The position numbers and the translations under genes are program-made. From Trueperaceae bacterium (GTDB lineage: Bacteria; Deinococcota; Deinococci; Deinococcales; Trueperaceae), in assembly GCA_965213925.1 (NCBI GenBank), contig OZ243927.1:3616001-3680000 (forward strand): a stretch of DNA of 64,000 nt, read 5' to 3'. How positions within the stretch are numbered: the stretch's first letter is position 1; every line of letters starts with the position of its first letter. The notes under the pieces were generated by a model. That model saw nothing but the letters and a program-made list of their open reading frames with translations, did no database searches and had not been told where the DNA came from. Shown here one piece after another: positions 20,296-28,940 of the stretch.

Positions 20296-20970
20296 TTATT
20301 CTGCCAAGCGGTAGCCCACGCCGCGCACCGTTTGGAGAAGCCCGTCCGCGCCCTGTTCGCCCAACTTACGGCGCAAGTTGCGCAGGTGAACGTCTACAAC
20401 GCGCTCGAGCGCCTCGCTCTCGGGCAGCGCCGCCTCCAAGAGTTCGGCGCGGCTGAAGGTGCGCCCTTCGGACCTCGCCATGTGGTAGAGCAAGCGAAAC
20501 TCGGTCGCGGTGAGCGGCAGCGTCGCGCCGTGCACGGACGCTGTAGTGCGGCGCGGGTCGACCTCTAAAGGACCGACGCGCGCCGGGGCTTCGCTCAAGG
20601 GCTCGTGCAGGTGAGCGCGGCGCAAGACCGCTTTCACCCGCGCCATCACCTCGCGCGGGCGGAAAGGTTTAGTTACGTAGTCGTCCGCGCCTAGCTCGAG
20701 CCCCACTAACTTATCGACCTCTTCCGCTCGAGCCGAAAGCATGATCACGGGCGTCATGCTTTCGGCGCGGATCGCCTTCAGGACCTCCACGCCGTCGAGT
20801 TCGGGCAACATGATGTCTAGGAGCACCAGGTCAGGGCGGCTCGCCCGAAAGAGCGTCAGCGCCGCTCGGCCGTCTTTCGCCCGCTCGGTGCGGTAGCCCG
20901 CCCTCTGCAAGTAGCCCTCTAACACCCTGGCAATATCTAATTCATCTTCAACGACCAACACGAGCGCCAT
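20296..20970 (-). CDS. OmpR/PhoB-family response regulator (BaeR-like)
   Basis: VLVVEDE, LLDIMLP, GADDYVTKPF, winged-helix C-terminus TVRGVGY. TACAGT 7 nt before ATG at 20970. Confidence 0.93.
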   Translation of the reverse strand: MALVLVVEDELDIARVLEGYLQRAGYRTERAKDGRAALTLFRASRPDLVLLDIMLPELDGVEVLKAIRAESMTPVIMLSARAEEVDKLVGLELGADDYVTKPFRPREVMARVKAVLRRAHLHEPLSEAPARVGPLEVDPRRTTASVHGATLPLTATEFRLLYHMARSEGRTFSRAELLEAALPESEALERVVDVHLRNLRRKLGEQGADGLLQTVRGVGYRLAE

Positions 20971-21108
20971 GTCCCTTACTGTAGCGCTTCGGCGAACGTC
21001 TGTCATCTGCGGCGTCTTGTCTCGCATCACGTTCACTATAAGAGGCGCTTGTTAAGGTCTCACGAAGAGAACGGTTGAGCGCGCCCTGTTCGTGATACGC
21101 TCCCCTAC

Positions 21109-22122
21109 GTGCCCGATGTCCTTAGCGCCCAAGACCTCACCCTCTCCAAAGAACGCACCCTCCCCCGGTTCAGCCCGCCGCCGCGCTTTGGCGAGACGAG
21201 CTTCGCAGGCTATAAGCCGCAGCATCCGAGCCAGGCGGAAGCCTCTAAAAAGAGCCAAACATTCGCTCAAGAGGTGACGCAGCGCGAGCCGACGGGCTTC
21301 CGCTGGCCCTGGCAAAAAGAGCGCGTACAACAGGGGCGCGGTCTCTACCTAGACGGCGGCTTCGGCACAGGCAAGACGCACCTCTTAGCGGCGGCGTATC
21401 ACGCCTGTGATGCGCCCGAAGCGGACAAGGCGTACTTGTCGTTTCAAGAGCTGGTCTACGTAATCGGCGCACGGGGGATGGCGCAGGCGAAAGAGAAGCT
21501 CACCTACAAGCTCTTCTGCGTCGACGAGTTCGAACTCGACGACCCCGGCAATACTCTCATTGTTAAGACCTTTTTGTCGCACGCTTTCGAGCGCGGCAGC
21601 TTCGTCATGACCACCTCGAACACGCCGCCCGAGGCGCAAGGGCAAGGGCGCTTTAACGCCTCGGACTTCAAGCGCGAAATCCAGAGCATCGCGGAGCGTT
21701 TTGACGCCGTGCTTTTGGAGGGTCCAGACTATCGGCAGCGCGACCACTTGGCGGAACTCATCAGTGAGGAGAGGTTGCAAGACCTTCTCGAGACCGAAGA
21801 CGCCCCGACGCCCAAAGTCCACCTCCAGTGGCGCGAACTCCTCACCCTCTTAGGCGAGCATCACCCCATCCGCTACAGCGACCTCTTAGGGCAGATCGGC
21901 ACGCTCTACCTGAGCGGGATGCGCGCGCTACCCGAGCAAAACGACGCGCTCAGATTCGTATACTTCATCGACAAGCTCTACGACCTCAAGGTGGGCTTTC
22001 GCGGGTCGGGCGAGGTCGCTTTGGAGGACCTCTTCAGCGCGAACTACCGCAAGGGAGCGTACGCCAAGAAGCACTACCGCTGCTTGTCGCGGCTCTCGGA
22101 GCTGTTAGAAGAGACATACTGA
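21109..22122 (+). CDS. zapE: Cell division ATPase ZapE (AFG1 family)
   Basis: GLYLDGGFGTGKTHL, CVDEFELDDPG, TTSN, ALRFVYFIDKLYD, RCLSRL. Confidence 0.9.
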   Translation: MPDVLSAQDLTLSKERTLPRFSPPPRFGETSFAGYKPQHPSQAEASKKSQTFAQEVTQREPTGFRWPWQKERVQQGRGLYLDGGFGTGKTHLLAAAYHACDAPEADKAYLSFQELVYVIGARGMAQAKEKLTYKLFCVDEFELDDPGNTLIVKTFLSHAFERGSFVMTTSNTPPEAQGQGRFNASDFKREIQSIAERFDAVLLEGPDYRQRDHLAELISEERLQDLLETEDAPTPKVHLQWRELLTLLGEHHPIRYSDLLGQIGTLYLSGMRALPEQNDALRFVYFIDKLYDLKVGFRGSGEVALEDLFSANYRKGAYAKKHYRCLSRLSELLEETY

Positions 22123-22139
22123 CCTCTACAGCAGGTGCG

Positions 22140-22778
22140 TCATACTGCGGATGACCGGGCGGCTTCCCCTAGCAGCGCGCTCACCTCGTCGTCGCTCGTC
22201 TGCGAAAACTGCTCGTACCACGCGCCGACGCCGTAAAAGTTTTCAGGCGTTTTCAAGCAGATGACCTCATCCACTTCTGTTTTTAGTTCAGCGCAAGAAT
22301 CCACCGCCGCAACCGGCACGGCGGCAGTCAGGTGTTCGGGCTGCAGCGCCTTACACGCCTGCACCGCCGCTCGCATAGTCGCGCCCGTAGCCAGACCGTC
22401 GTCGACTAGGATAACCGTGCGCCCTTGCACCTTTGGCGCACCGCGTTCGCCTCGGTAGCGCTGCTCACGCCGCGCCAACTCGCGCTGCTCGCGTTCAGTC
22501 ACTTCATTTAGGTAGTCCTCGGAGACCCTGAGCCTCCGGATAAGGTCGTCGTTCAAGACCCGCACGCCGCTCGCGACCGCGCCTAGCGCCAACTCCTCGC
22601 GCCGCGGCGCGCCGAGCTTGCGCACCACGAACACGTCGAGCGGGCTTTCCAAAGCTTTGGCCACCTCGAAGGCGACGGGTACGCCGCCTCGAGGCAGCGC
22701 TAACACGAGGGCGTCCGAACCGTAGTGCGAGAGCGCCGCGGCGAGCTTGCGTCCCGCGTCGCGCCGGTCCTTATACAT
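22140..22778 (-). CDS. Phosphoribosyltransferase family protein
   Basis: DRRDAGRKLA, LPRGGVPV, ILVDDGLATGATM. Confidence 0.9.
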   Translation of the reverse strand: MYKDRRDAGRKLAAALSHYGSDALVLALPRGGVPVAFEVAKALESPLDVFVVRKLGAPRREELALGAVASGVRVLNDDLIRRLRVSEDYLNEVTEREQRELARREQRYRGERGAPKVQGRTVILVDDGLATGATMRAAVQACKALQPEHLTAAVPVAAVDSCAELKTEVDEVICLKTPENFYGVGAWYEQFSQTSDDEVSALLGEAARSSAV

Positions 22779-23568
22779 AGCGGCGCTTGCGCCGCTGACC
22801 CAACACGTAGCGCCCTAGGGAGTAGAGCGTCAGCGCCGCGGCGACAAGCGCTCCGACGACGACCAGCAGCTCCGATCCCCACTGCTTCGCGGCGATACCT
22901 ACAAACGCCCAGACTAAAACGAGATTGAAAGCCGCGTCGCCTTTGTTCTCTAGCATGAGATAGCCGACGCCGACAGCAGCGGCGATGGCGATAACCGTCC
23001 AGAGGGGCGCGAGCCACCCTCCCGTGACGCCGTAGTTGAGCAGCGTGACGGACGTATTCGCGACCGTCGCCACCGTGATCCAGCCCAAGTAGACGCTGAA
23101 CGGGAGCCGGACGCAAAAGGCCTCAGCGCGCGAGACCTCGCGCTCACCGGTGCCCAACTTCAAGTAGCACACGATGAGCGACGCGAGCAGACCGAACATT
23201 AGAAGCTGCGACAGGCCGATCGCGCCGTAGTGCCACGCGAGCAGCCAGGAGACGTTGAGCAAACAACTGAGGGCGAACCAGTAACCGAGCCGTTCTAAGC
23301 GCGGGTTGTCCTTCTGTGAGGGCAGTGCCTGGTAAACGACAAAAACGAGGAGCAGCGTGTAGATGAACCCCCAAATGCTAAACACATAGCCCGCCGGCGT
23401 GAAGAGGCTCGGGAAGGTGTCGGAGACCTCACCCGTCGTCACGCCGTTGATGGGCAAGATATTCGCCAGCGCATTGATGGTGAGGACCGTGCCTAGCGCG
23501 AAGATATTCGTGATCTGCCGCTTGACCGTGGGGCTAAGCGCGCTCGAGCTTGCCGCTTGTGTTGCCAT
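22771..23568 (-). CDS. TspO/MBR-like tryptophan-rich membrane protein
   Basis: FTPAGYVFSIWGFIY, FSVYLGWITVATVAN, multiple TM helices. Confidence 0.8.
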   Translation of the reverse strand: MATQAASSSALSPTVKRQITNIFALGTVLTINALANILPINGVTTGEVSDTFPSLFTPAGYVFSIWGFIYTLLLVFVVYQALPSQKDNPRLERLGYWFALSCLLNVSWLLAWHYGAIGLSQLLMFGLLASLIVCYLKLGTGEREVSRAEAFCVRLPFSVYLGWITVATVANTSVTLLNYGVTGGWLAPLWTVIAIAAAVGVGYLMLENKGDAAFNLVLVWAFVGIAAKQWGSELLVVVGALVAAALTLYSLGRYVLGQRRKRRYV

Positions 23569-23605
23569 GCTGACCTCCTAGAGATAGTGTTTCCGAAGAA
23601 CTTCG

Positions 23606-23920
23606 TTAGAAAAACGACCTGACGCTCAGGTTGAAGGTGAGAACCGTCGCCGCTTCACTGAAGCGTCTGCTGAAGAGCGCGGTGAGTTCGAAGTCGCCTA
23701 GCGCGGTGTAGGTCACTGTTGGAATGAATTCTACTCCTGTTTAGCCGTGTAGCGCATCGCCTTAGCCGGTGCTGTATTCGCCGCGATACGCGCGGGCTAC
23801 AGCGCGGCGAGGATCGCGGCTGCAGCGGCGAAGCCGACGGCGAGGAGCACCTGCCAGGGTTCTATGGAGTAGAAGACGTTCGGCAAGACGAATAGCGAAT
23901 AGATGACGATGACGCCCGTA
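23606..23920 (-). pseudogene. Gene remnants: C-terminus of an FtsX/LolE-type ABC permease (internal stop) followed by a beta-barrel-like C-terminal fragment
   Basis: ...PWQVLLAVGFAAAAAILAAL*PARIAANTAPAKAMRY (TAG at 23797-23799), then VTYTALGDFELTALFSRR...LTFNLSVRSFF* (23606-23716). Confidence 0.5.
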
Positions 23921-23982
23921 CAGGCTGACAGCGACGCGCTCGAAGATTCTTTGCAGAGAGCTACGTCGATGACGCAAATCCT

Positions 23983-24903
23983 CTAACGCTTAGCAGGCGC
24001 AGCCTCTAACGCCGCGTAGCGCACGCCTGTGAGCCGCTCCGACTCCGCCCACAACTGCCGCGCCACCCCGACATCTTGCGACTCCTCCGAGGAGTCCACC
24101 CGAGTCGGATAGCCTCTTATCTCCTGAAACCCGCTCGGACCGAAGTATTCGTTGCCCCGCACGTCCGGCGCGATCGCCGCGTAGAGCGTCGGCAGTGCGC
24201 CCATCTCCGGCTCTTGCATGATGAGGTTGAGAAGCGGTCGCCAGAGGCGCGACATGTTGCTCTGTAGGTTCGTTTTGGTGCCACCAGGGTGCGCGGCGAC
24301 GGCGATGGTGTCGGTGTCCGCGGCCTCCAGACGGTTTTGCAGCTCCAAGGTAAAGAGCAAGTTCGCCAATTTGCTGCGCCCGTAAGCTTGCCAGGGTTTG
24401 TAGCCCTGTTCCGCCTGGAGGTTCTCGAAGTCCATCTCGCCCATGCGGTGTGCGCCGCTGCTAACCGTGACGACTCTCGAGCCCTGCGCCTTTAGCAACC
24501 GCTCCAAAAGGTGTCCCGTCAGCGCAAAGTGCCCCAAGTGATTTGCGCCGAACTGCAACTCGAAGCCGTCTTCTGTCGTCGTGTAGGGCGGCACCATCAC
24601 GCCCGCGTTATTGACGAGTAAATCAAGGCGGTCGTACTTCGCTTTGAAACTCTCGGCAAAGGTGCGCACCGAGGCGAGGCTCGCCAGGTCGAGCGGGATG
24701 ACCTCTAGGTCAGCCGCCGGAACCTCTCGCCTGATCTCCTCAGCGGCGGCGCTGGCTTTGTCCAGGTTGCGACACGCCATGACGAGCGTGGCACCTCTAT
24801 TTGCTAACGCCTTCACGGTCTCCAAGCCGATGCCGCTGTTCGCGCCCGTCACGACCGCTACGCGCCCGGTCTGGTCGGGGATGTCTGCTGCGCTCCATCT
24901 CAT
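23983..24903 (-). CDS. Short-chain dehydrogenase/reductase (retinol dehydrogenase-like)
   Basis: WSAADIPDQTGRVAVVTGANSGIG, NNAG, NHLGHF, YGRSK. ATG at 24903 after GGAGG. Confidence 0.92.
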   Translation of the reverse strand: MRWSAADIPDQTGRVAVVTGANSGIGLETVKALANRGATLVMACRNLDKASAAAEEIRREVPAADLEVIPLDLASLASVRTFAESFKAKYDRLDLLVNNAGVMVPPYTTTEDGFELQFGANHLGHFALTGHLLERLLKAQGSRVVTVSSGAHRMGEMDFENLQAEQGYKPWQAYGRSKLANLLFTLELQNRLEAADTDTIAVAAHPGGTKTNLQSNMSRLWRPLLNLIMQEPEMGALPTLYAAIAPDVRGNEYFGPSGFQEIRGYPTRVDSSEESQDVGVARQLWAESERLTGVRYAALEAAPAKR

Positions 24904-25051
24904 AGTGTCCTCCGCCCTCATTATGCCCCTAAACGCTGTGCATTCAACCGCCGCGCCTTCCTCTGGAGTAGAAAGCGCGGTTTGTTGAACTAAAGGCACC
25001 CGCCTCAAGGAGAATAAGGGATTTACAAAAGCGAAGGGAAGCAGGCTCCTT

Positions 25052-28000
25052 CTACTTGATGCTCACCCTGTAGCAAACCTTGCCCGCCTCGCCCGCGCCG
25101 ACCTCGCCGATGGTGACGTACACAACGCCGCCATCCAGTTTACCCGCGTCGCTATCTGCGGCAGCGCTTAGGGGCGTCACCGCGCCGTCATGCGTCCACT
25201 CGATGTCTCCATCTTGCCCTGCGCCGCCGTAAACGCCCGTTGCAAATGAGGTGAAGAAGGGGATAGGGTCGCTAAAGAGGGTTTGCGTCAAGGGCTGCGT
25301 GCCCAGGTTCTGATACGCGATGCAGTACTCGAGCACCTCTCCCGGCTTGCCCGCGCCCAGCGTCGTAAAGGCTGTTCCTTGGTCGACGTTGCGAACGCGC
25401 TTGGTCAGCTCGAGCTGACCGCCCGCCGTGACCGTCGTGACGTCCGTGACCGTCTGTACGTCCGTGACATCGTCGGGATTATTGTTATAGACAAGGCTGG
25501 CGCTCAAGGTGGCTAGGTCGATGCGTCCGCTCGACTCGCCTTGGGGAACGAAGACGCGCAGCTCCAGAGCGCACGGAGCGAGGGAGCCGTCTTCCGCTCT
25601 AGGCCACGTGCTATCAACAGTGAAACCACCAGGGAGCACGTCCACCTGTTCGTTCGTTTGGATGATGCCGTCGCAGTTCGCGTCTCTAAAAACTTGGTAG
25701 GTGTACGTTCCCGAGACGTTTAACTCAACCTCGCCTAATGTGCCTGGCGCGTAGAGGTGCGTATAGCTGACCGTGCTGCCGGGGGCGACTTGTCCGCTCC
25801 CGTCGGGGCGCAAGCTGCTGGGTCTCGCGACGCCGAAGTTGTAGGTCGCACTGTCTGTGAGGGAGAAGGTAACGCTCGAGGCGTCCGCATCACCGTAGCT
25901 GTCCGCTTGCTTAATCACGCTCGAGCCGTCATTGTAGCCCGTCGCAGGCTGCTGCGAATGCGACACGGTGATGTCGTTACCGAACGTGTCGGGAATGATG
26001 AGGGTGTAGTTGCCTGCACCGTCCGTGACGGTCGTGACGGTGTTCGCGCTGTTCGCATCGTCCGTCGCCGTGATGGTCACGCTAGACACACCATGCTCGC
26101 CGACCTCTTGCAGCGCGTTGTTCGCTACGCCGCCGCTCAAACCGTCGTCATAAAAGAGCGTGCCTGAGACGATTTTACTAAACACATTGTTGTTCTGCGC
26201 GACGCTGGTGACGAGCGCGACGGTGCCTACTTCGCGGGCGTCGCTGTCTCTCGTCGGCACGTAGCTTCCGCAACGTCCGTCCGCGTCGCCGCTCGTAGTC
26301 GGCTCCCAGCAGGCACTCGTATTTGAATCCACCCCGTTAGGCGTCAAGCTGATGGATTGACCTTTGTTCGTGTTACGCAGCGAAACGTAACTACTCGGCT
26401 CGGCATCCCACAGTTTCAAAGATGCAGGCGGAGGCGTATTGATGGGCTGCTTGTCGGTGGTATTCGAGCCGTACGCGACGTAGTCTACGATGCGTCCCTC
26501 AGCGTCGTAGAGCCACATGTCGTCGCCTTCATTGCTGAGCCTCGCGCTCCTGCCCAACCACGCCTGAAACGCCGCGGGGCTCACGTCGCGGCTCACGGTA
26601 CGCTCGCCCACCCAAATGACCGCGTATTCACCCGGCGCTAACTGCACGGCGGGGAAGGTGTAGGGAATCGCCGCGTTATCAGCGTTACCGTTGATATTGC
26701 CGTTACGCCCGTCCGCGTCGTTTTCTATAAGGTTGGCGTCAACGAGTCTCCAACCGGAGAGGTCAACCGGGTCACTACTCGAGTTGTAAAGCTCAATAAA
26801 TTCGTCGTTGTTCGCGGCGCTCGTGGTGCCGCTCTGGTCGAAGAGGAGTTCGTTGATGACGATACCGCCAGCCGCCGGGGAGACGCTATAGACGTTGAAA
26901 CTCGTTGACGCTTCGTTATTGTCCAGGTCAGGGTCGGAAGCGTCTTCACCCCGACTTACCTCCGCCGTATTCGTGACCGCGCCCGTCGTGGCTTCCTCAA
27001 CGGTTGCGGTAATGGTAAACGTCGCGGTCGCGCCGCGCTTCAAGTTGACAGTTGTATCGATATCGCCTACGCCCGAGCTTGCGCCGCAGCTGCTTGCGGC
27101 TAGAGGCTCACCAGCCTGCGCGCCTTCGGTGGTGATTTCACACGTCCAGGAAATGTCGGTTAAGCTCGGCGGAAAGGTGTCTGTCACAGCTGCGTTTACC
27201 GCGTCGACCAAGCTATCTTCGGCGTTGGTCACGGTGAGGGTGTAGCTGACCGGGCCACCCACGACGATAGACGCCGGGCTGTGCGTTTTAGTGATGGAGA
27301 GGTCCGCCTCGCGGATTTCGATGCTGGCTTGTTTGGGCTCGGCGGTGGGGTAGTAGACCCAAGTGTCGATGCCTCTATGGTTGCCGAAGTCGCCCGTAAA
27401 GCTGTGCGCGGCGGGCGGCGTGACGACGCCGTCAAGCTCCCTCTGACCATCCGTAAAGATGCTGTCGTCGAAATAAATACGTCCGGGGTCGGCGATACCC
27501 GTGGTGCTGCTACCCGCAGGCGTGTTGAGGCGCGTGATGGTGACGCCTGTCGGCGCGTCTTCGACGTCCAAAAGGGGAAAGTGGACCTCACCCGCGAAAA
27601 GCCTGACCGTGGCGGTGAAGTCGCCGCTGCCCGCGGGTACGTCGTCGCCGTTGCCGTCCTTGCCGTCCCAAAAAGCTTCGGTGGTCGTGCCGGGGACGGC
27701 TGTGCCTGCTAGGACGCGCTTGGGTAAGCCGTCCCCGAACTCGAGCGTGATGTTGTAAGCGTTCGGCACGTCGTCGGCGCTCTCGCGCGGGTTCGTAAAG
27801 AAGAAGCTCCCGCCCAAGCCTGTCCCCGCTTGGTTCTCCGTTCCGTCCCTCCCGGTAAAGGTGAAATTTTGCGGGATCGGCGGCGCTTTAGGGTCCGGGC
27901 GGTAGAGCCACGTCGAGGCGGGCGTGCCCGGTCTCGCCGCTGTTGCGGGCATACTTGGGTCGGGCTCATTCAAGAAGATTTTGTGCGTGATTTCGTTGCT

Positions 28001-28186
28001 GGGGATGTCGTCGGGGTCGTCGGGCGCGTGGAAGTCCTGTCCGGCCTGGAGTTCATCGTTATCCGTCAACTGAATCGAGCGGTAGAGCGCCTTGCCTGTC
28101 TGCGTCCCGAAAGCCCTTGCGGTTGGTAAAGAAGACGAAGCCGAAGGGCTCGATGTCTTGCTCGAGTTCGTAGCGGTAGCCGTCAA
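25052..28186 (-). CDS. C-terminal part of a large secreted DUF11 / lamin-tail / SdrD-B-like surface protein (putative tip adhesin), split by frameshift
   Basis: ADLSITKT...TYTLTVTN...VTDTFP...NTAEV (DUF11), IVINEL...EFIELYN...VDLSGWRL (LTD), SGTLFYD...TDGAGNY, truncated final DUF11. No credible own start. Confidence 0.8.
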   Translation of the reverse strand: MTATATNSSKTSSPSASSSLPTARAFGTQTGKALYRSIQLTDNDELQAGQDFHAPDDPDDIPSNEITHKIFLNEPDPSMPATAARPGTPASTWLYRPDPKAPPIPQNFTFTGRDGTENQAGTGLGGSFFFTNPRESADDVPNAYNITLEFGDGLPKRVLAGTAVPGTTTEAFWDGKDGNGDDVPAGSGDFTATVRLFAGEVHFPLLDVEDAPTGVTITRLNTPAGSSTTGIADPGRIYFDDSIFTDGQRELDGVVTPPAAHSFTGDFGNHRGIDTWVYYPTAEPKQASIEIREADLSITKTHSPASIVVGGPVSYTLTVTNAEDSLVDAVNAAVTDTFPPSLTDISWTCEITTEGAQAGEPLAASSCGASSGVGDIDTTVNLKRGATATFTITATVEEATTGAVTNTAEVSRGEDASDPDLDNNEASTSFNVYSVSPAAGGIVINELLFDQSGTTSAANNDEFIELYNSSSDPVDLSGWRLVDANLIENDADGRNGNINGNADNAAIPYTFPAVQLAPGEYAVIWVGERTVSRDVSPAAFQAWLGRSARLSNEGDDMWLYDAEGRIVDYVAYGSNTTDKQPINTPPPASLKLWDAEPSSYVSLRNTNKGQSISLTPNGVDSNTSACWEPTTSGDADGRCGSYVPTRDSDAREVGTVALVTSVAQNNNVFSKIVSGTLFYDDGLSGGVANNALQEVGEHGVSSVTITATDDANSANTVTTVTDGAGNYTLIIPDTFGNDITVSHSQQPATGYNDGSSVIKQADSYGDADASSVTFSLTDSATYNFGVARPSSLRPDGSGQVAPGSTVSYTHLYAPGTLGEVELNVSGTYTYQVFRDANCDGIIQTNEQVDVLPGGFTVDSTWPRAEDGSLAPCALELRVFVPQGESSGRIDLATLSASLVYNNNPDDVTDVQTVTDVTTVTAGGQLELTKRVRNVDQGTAFTTLGAGKPGEVLEYCIAYQNLGTQPLTQTLFSDPIPFFTSFATGVYGGAGQDGDIEWTHDGAVTPLSAAADSDAGKLDGGVVYVTIGEVGAGEAGKVCYRVSIK

Positions 28187-28940
28187 TCGTTTGTACGTAA
28201 ACGTCTAAGTTGACTCTCTGGTTACCCCCTCCGAGGTTGAGTGCGTAGTAGCGGGCGAAGACACGTCCGCTCTGCGCTACACCACCGTCAAACACAGTGA
28301 CGTCCCAGGCGGTGACCCAATTGTCGTCTGGAAGTTGGCTTTGAGTTTGATCTTGACTATCTTGCACGGTCCACTCGGCAGATACCGCGAGCGGCGGCGG
28401 GTTCGTATTGTTCGCCGTCGCGGGCTGAGTGAAGTCCACCTCGTAAATACCGTCACTCGGCACGGTGAAGGTGCAAGGACGATAGCCTGACGTATTTGCG
28501 CCGAGGGGATAGTTGGGTCCAGCAACCTCTTGGGCTCGGTTGAGGATTTTGCCCGTGTTGTCCGTGCCGGGGGTTGGGCAGTTAAAGGTATAGCCGCTCG
28601 GCCCACGCACGTTGATAGCTCCCGAACCGATGCCGTTGGCAGAGGAGCCTAGCGCTACCACTTCATCTTTGTTGGCGTAGACCCGGATGACCGTGACGCG
28701 CGGGATGCCCGCTGTAATATAGTCGCCGCTCGTGCCCGTGCGGTGCTCCAAGTAGGCACGGTTGCCGCCGTTGCGAATGAGGTCTTTACTCCCTTCGGCA
28801 TAGACGGTCTGGAAAATTAAAGACGCGAAGAGGACGAGGAGTCCAAAACACCGAAAGAAGATTTGTCGCGTAGCGAACTTGTGTATAGAATCATTCATAA
28901 GGGTGTTGCTTTCAGGTGTAGAAGTGGAGCGGCGCATCAC
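28059..28940 (-). CDS. N-terminal part of the same surface protein (signal peptide; frame shifts near 28097)
   Basis: Signal peptide ...FQTVYA|EGSKDL. Reads FFTNRKGFRDAD and continues as GKALYRS in the other frame. Confidence 0.75.
   Translation of the reverse strand: MMRRSTSTPESNTLMNDSIHKFATRQIFFRCFGLLVLFASLIFQTVYAEGSKDLIRNGGNRAYLEHRTGTSGDYITAGIPRVTVIRVYANKDEVVALGSSANGIGSGAINVRGPSGYTFNCPTPGTDNTGKILNRAQEVAGPNYPLGANTSGYRPCTFTVPSDGIYEVDFTQPATANNTNPPPLAVSAEWTVQDSQDQTQSQLPDDNWVTAWDVTVFDGGVAQSGRVFARYYALNLGGGNQRVNLDVYVQTIDGYRYELEQDIEPFGFVFFTNRKGFRDADRQGALPLDSVDG

Noticed and set aside
28090..28110. Programmed frameshift or phase-variable tract in the adhesin
   Set aside because: No homopolymer, short tandem repeat or canonical slippery heptamer at the junction
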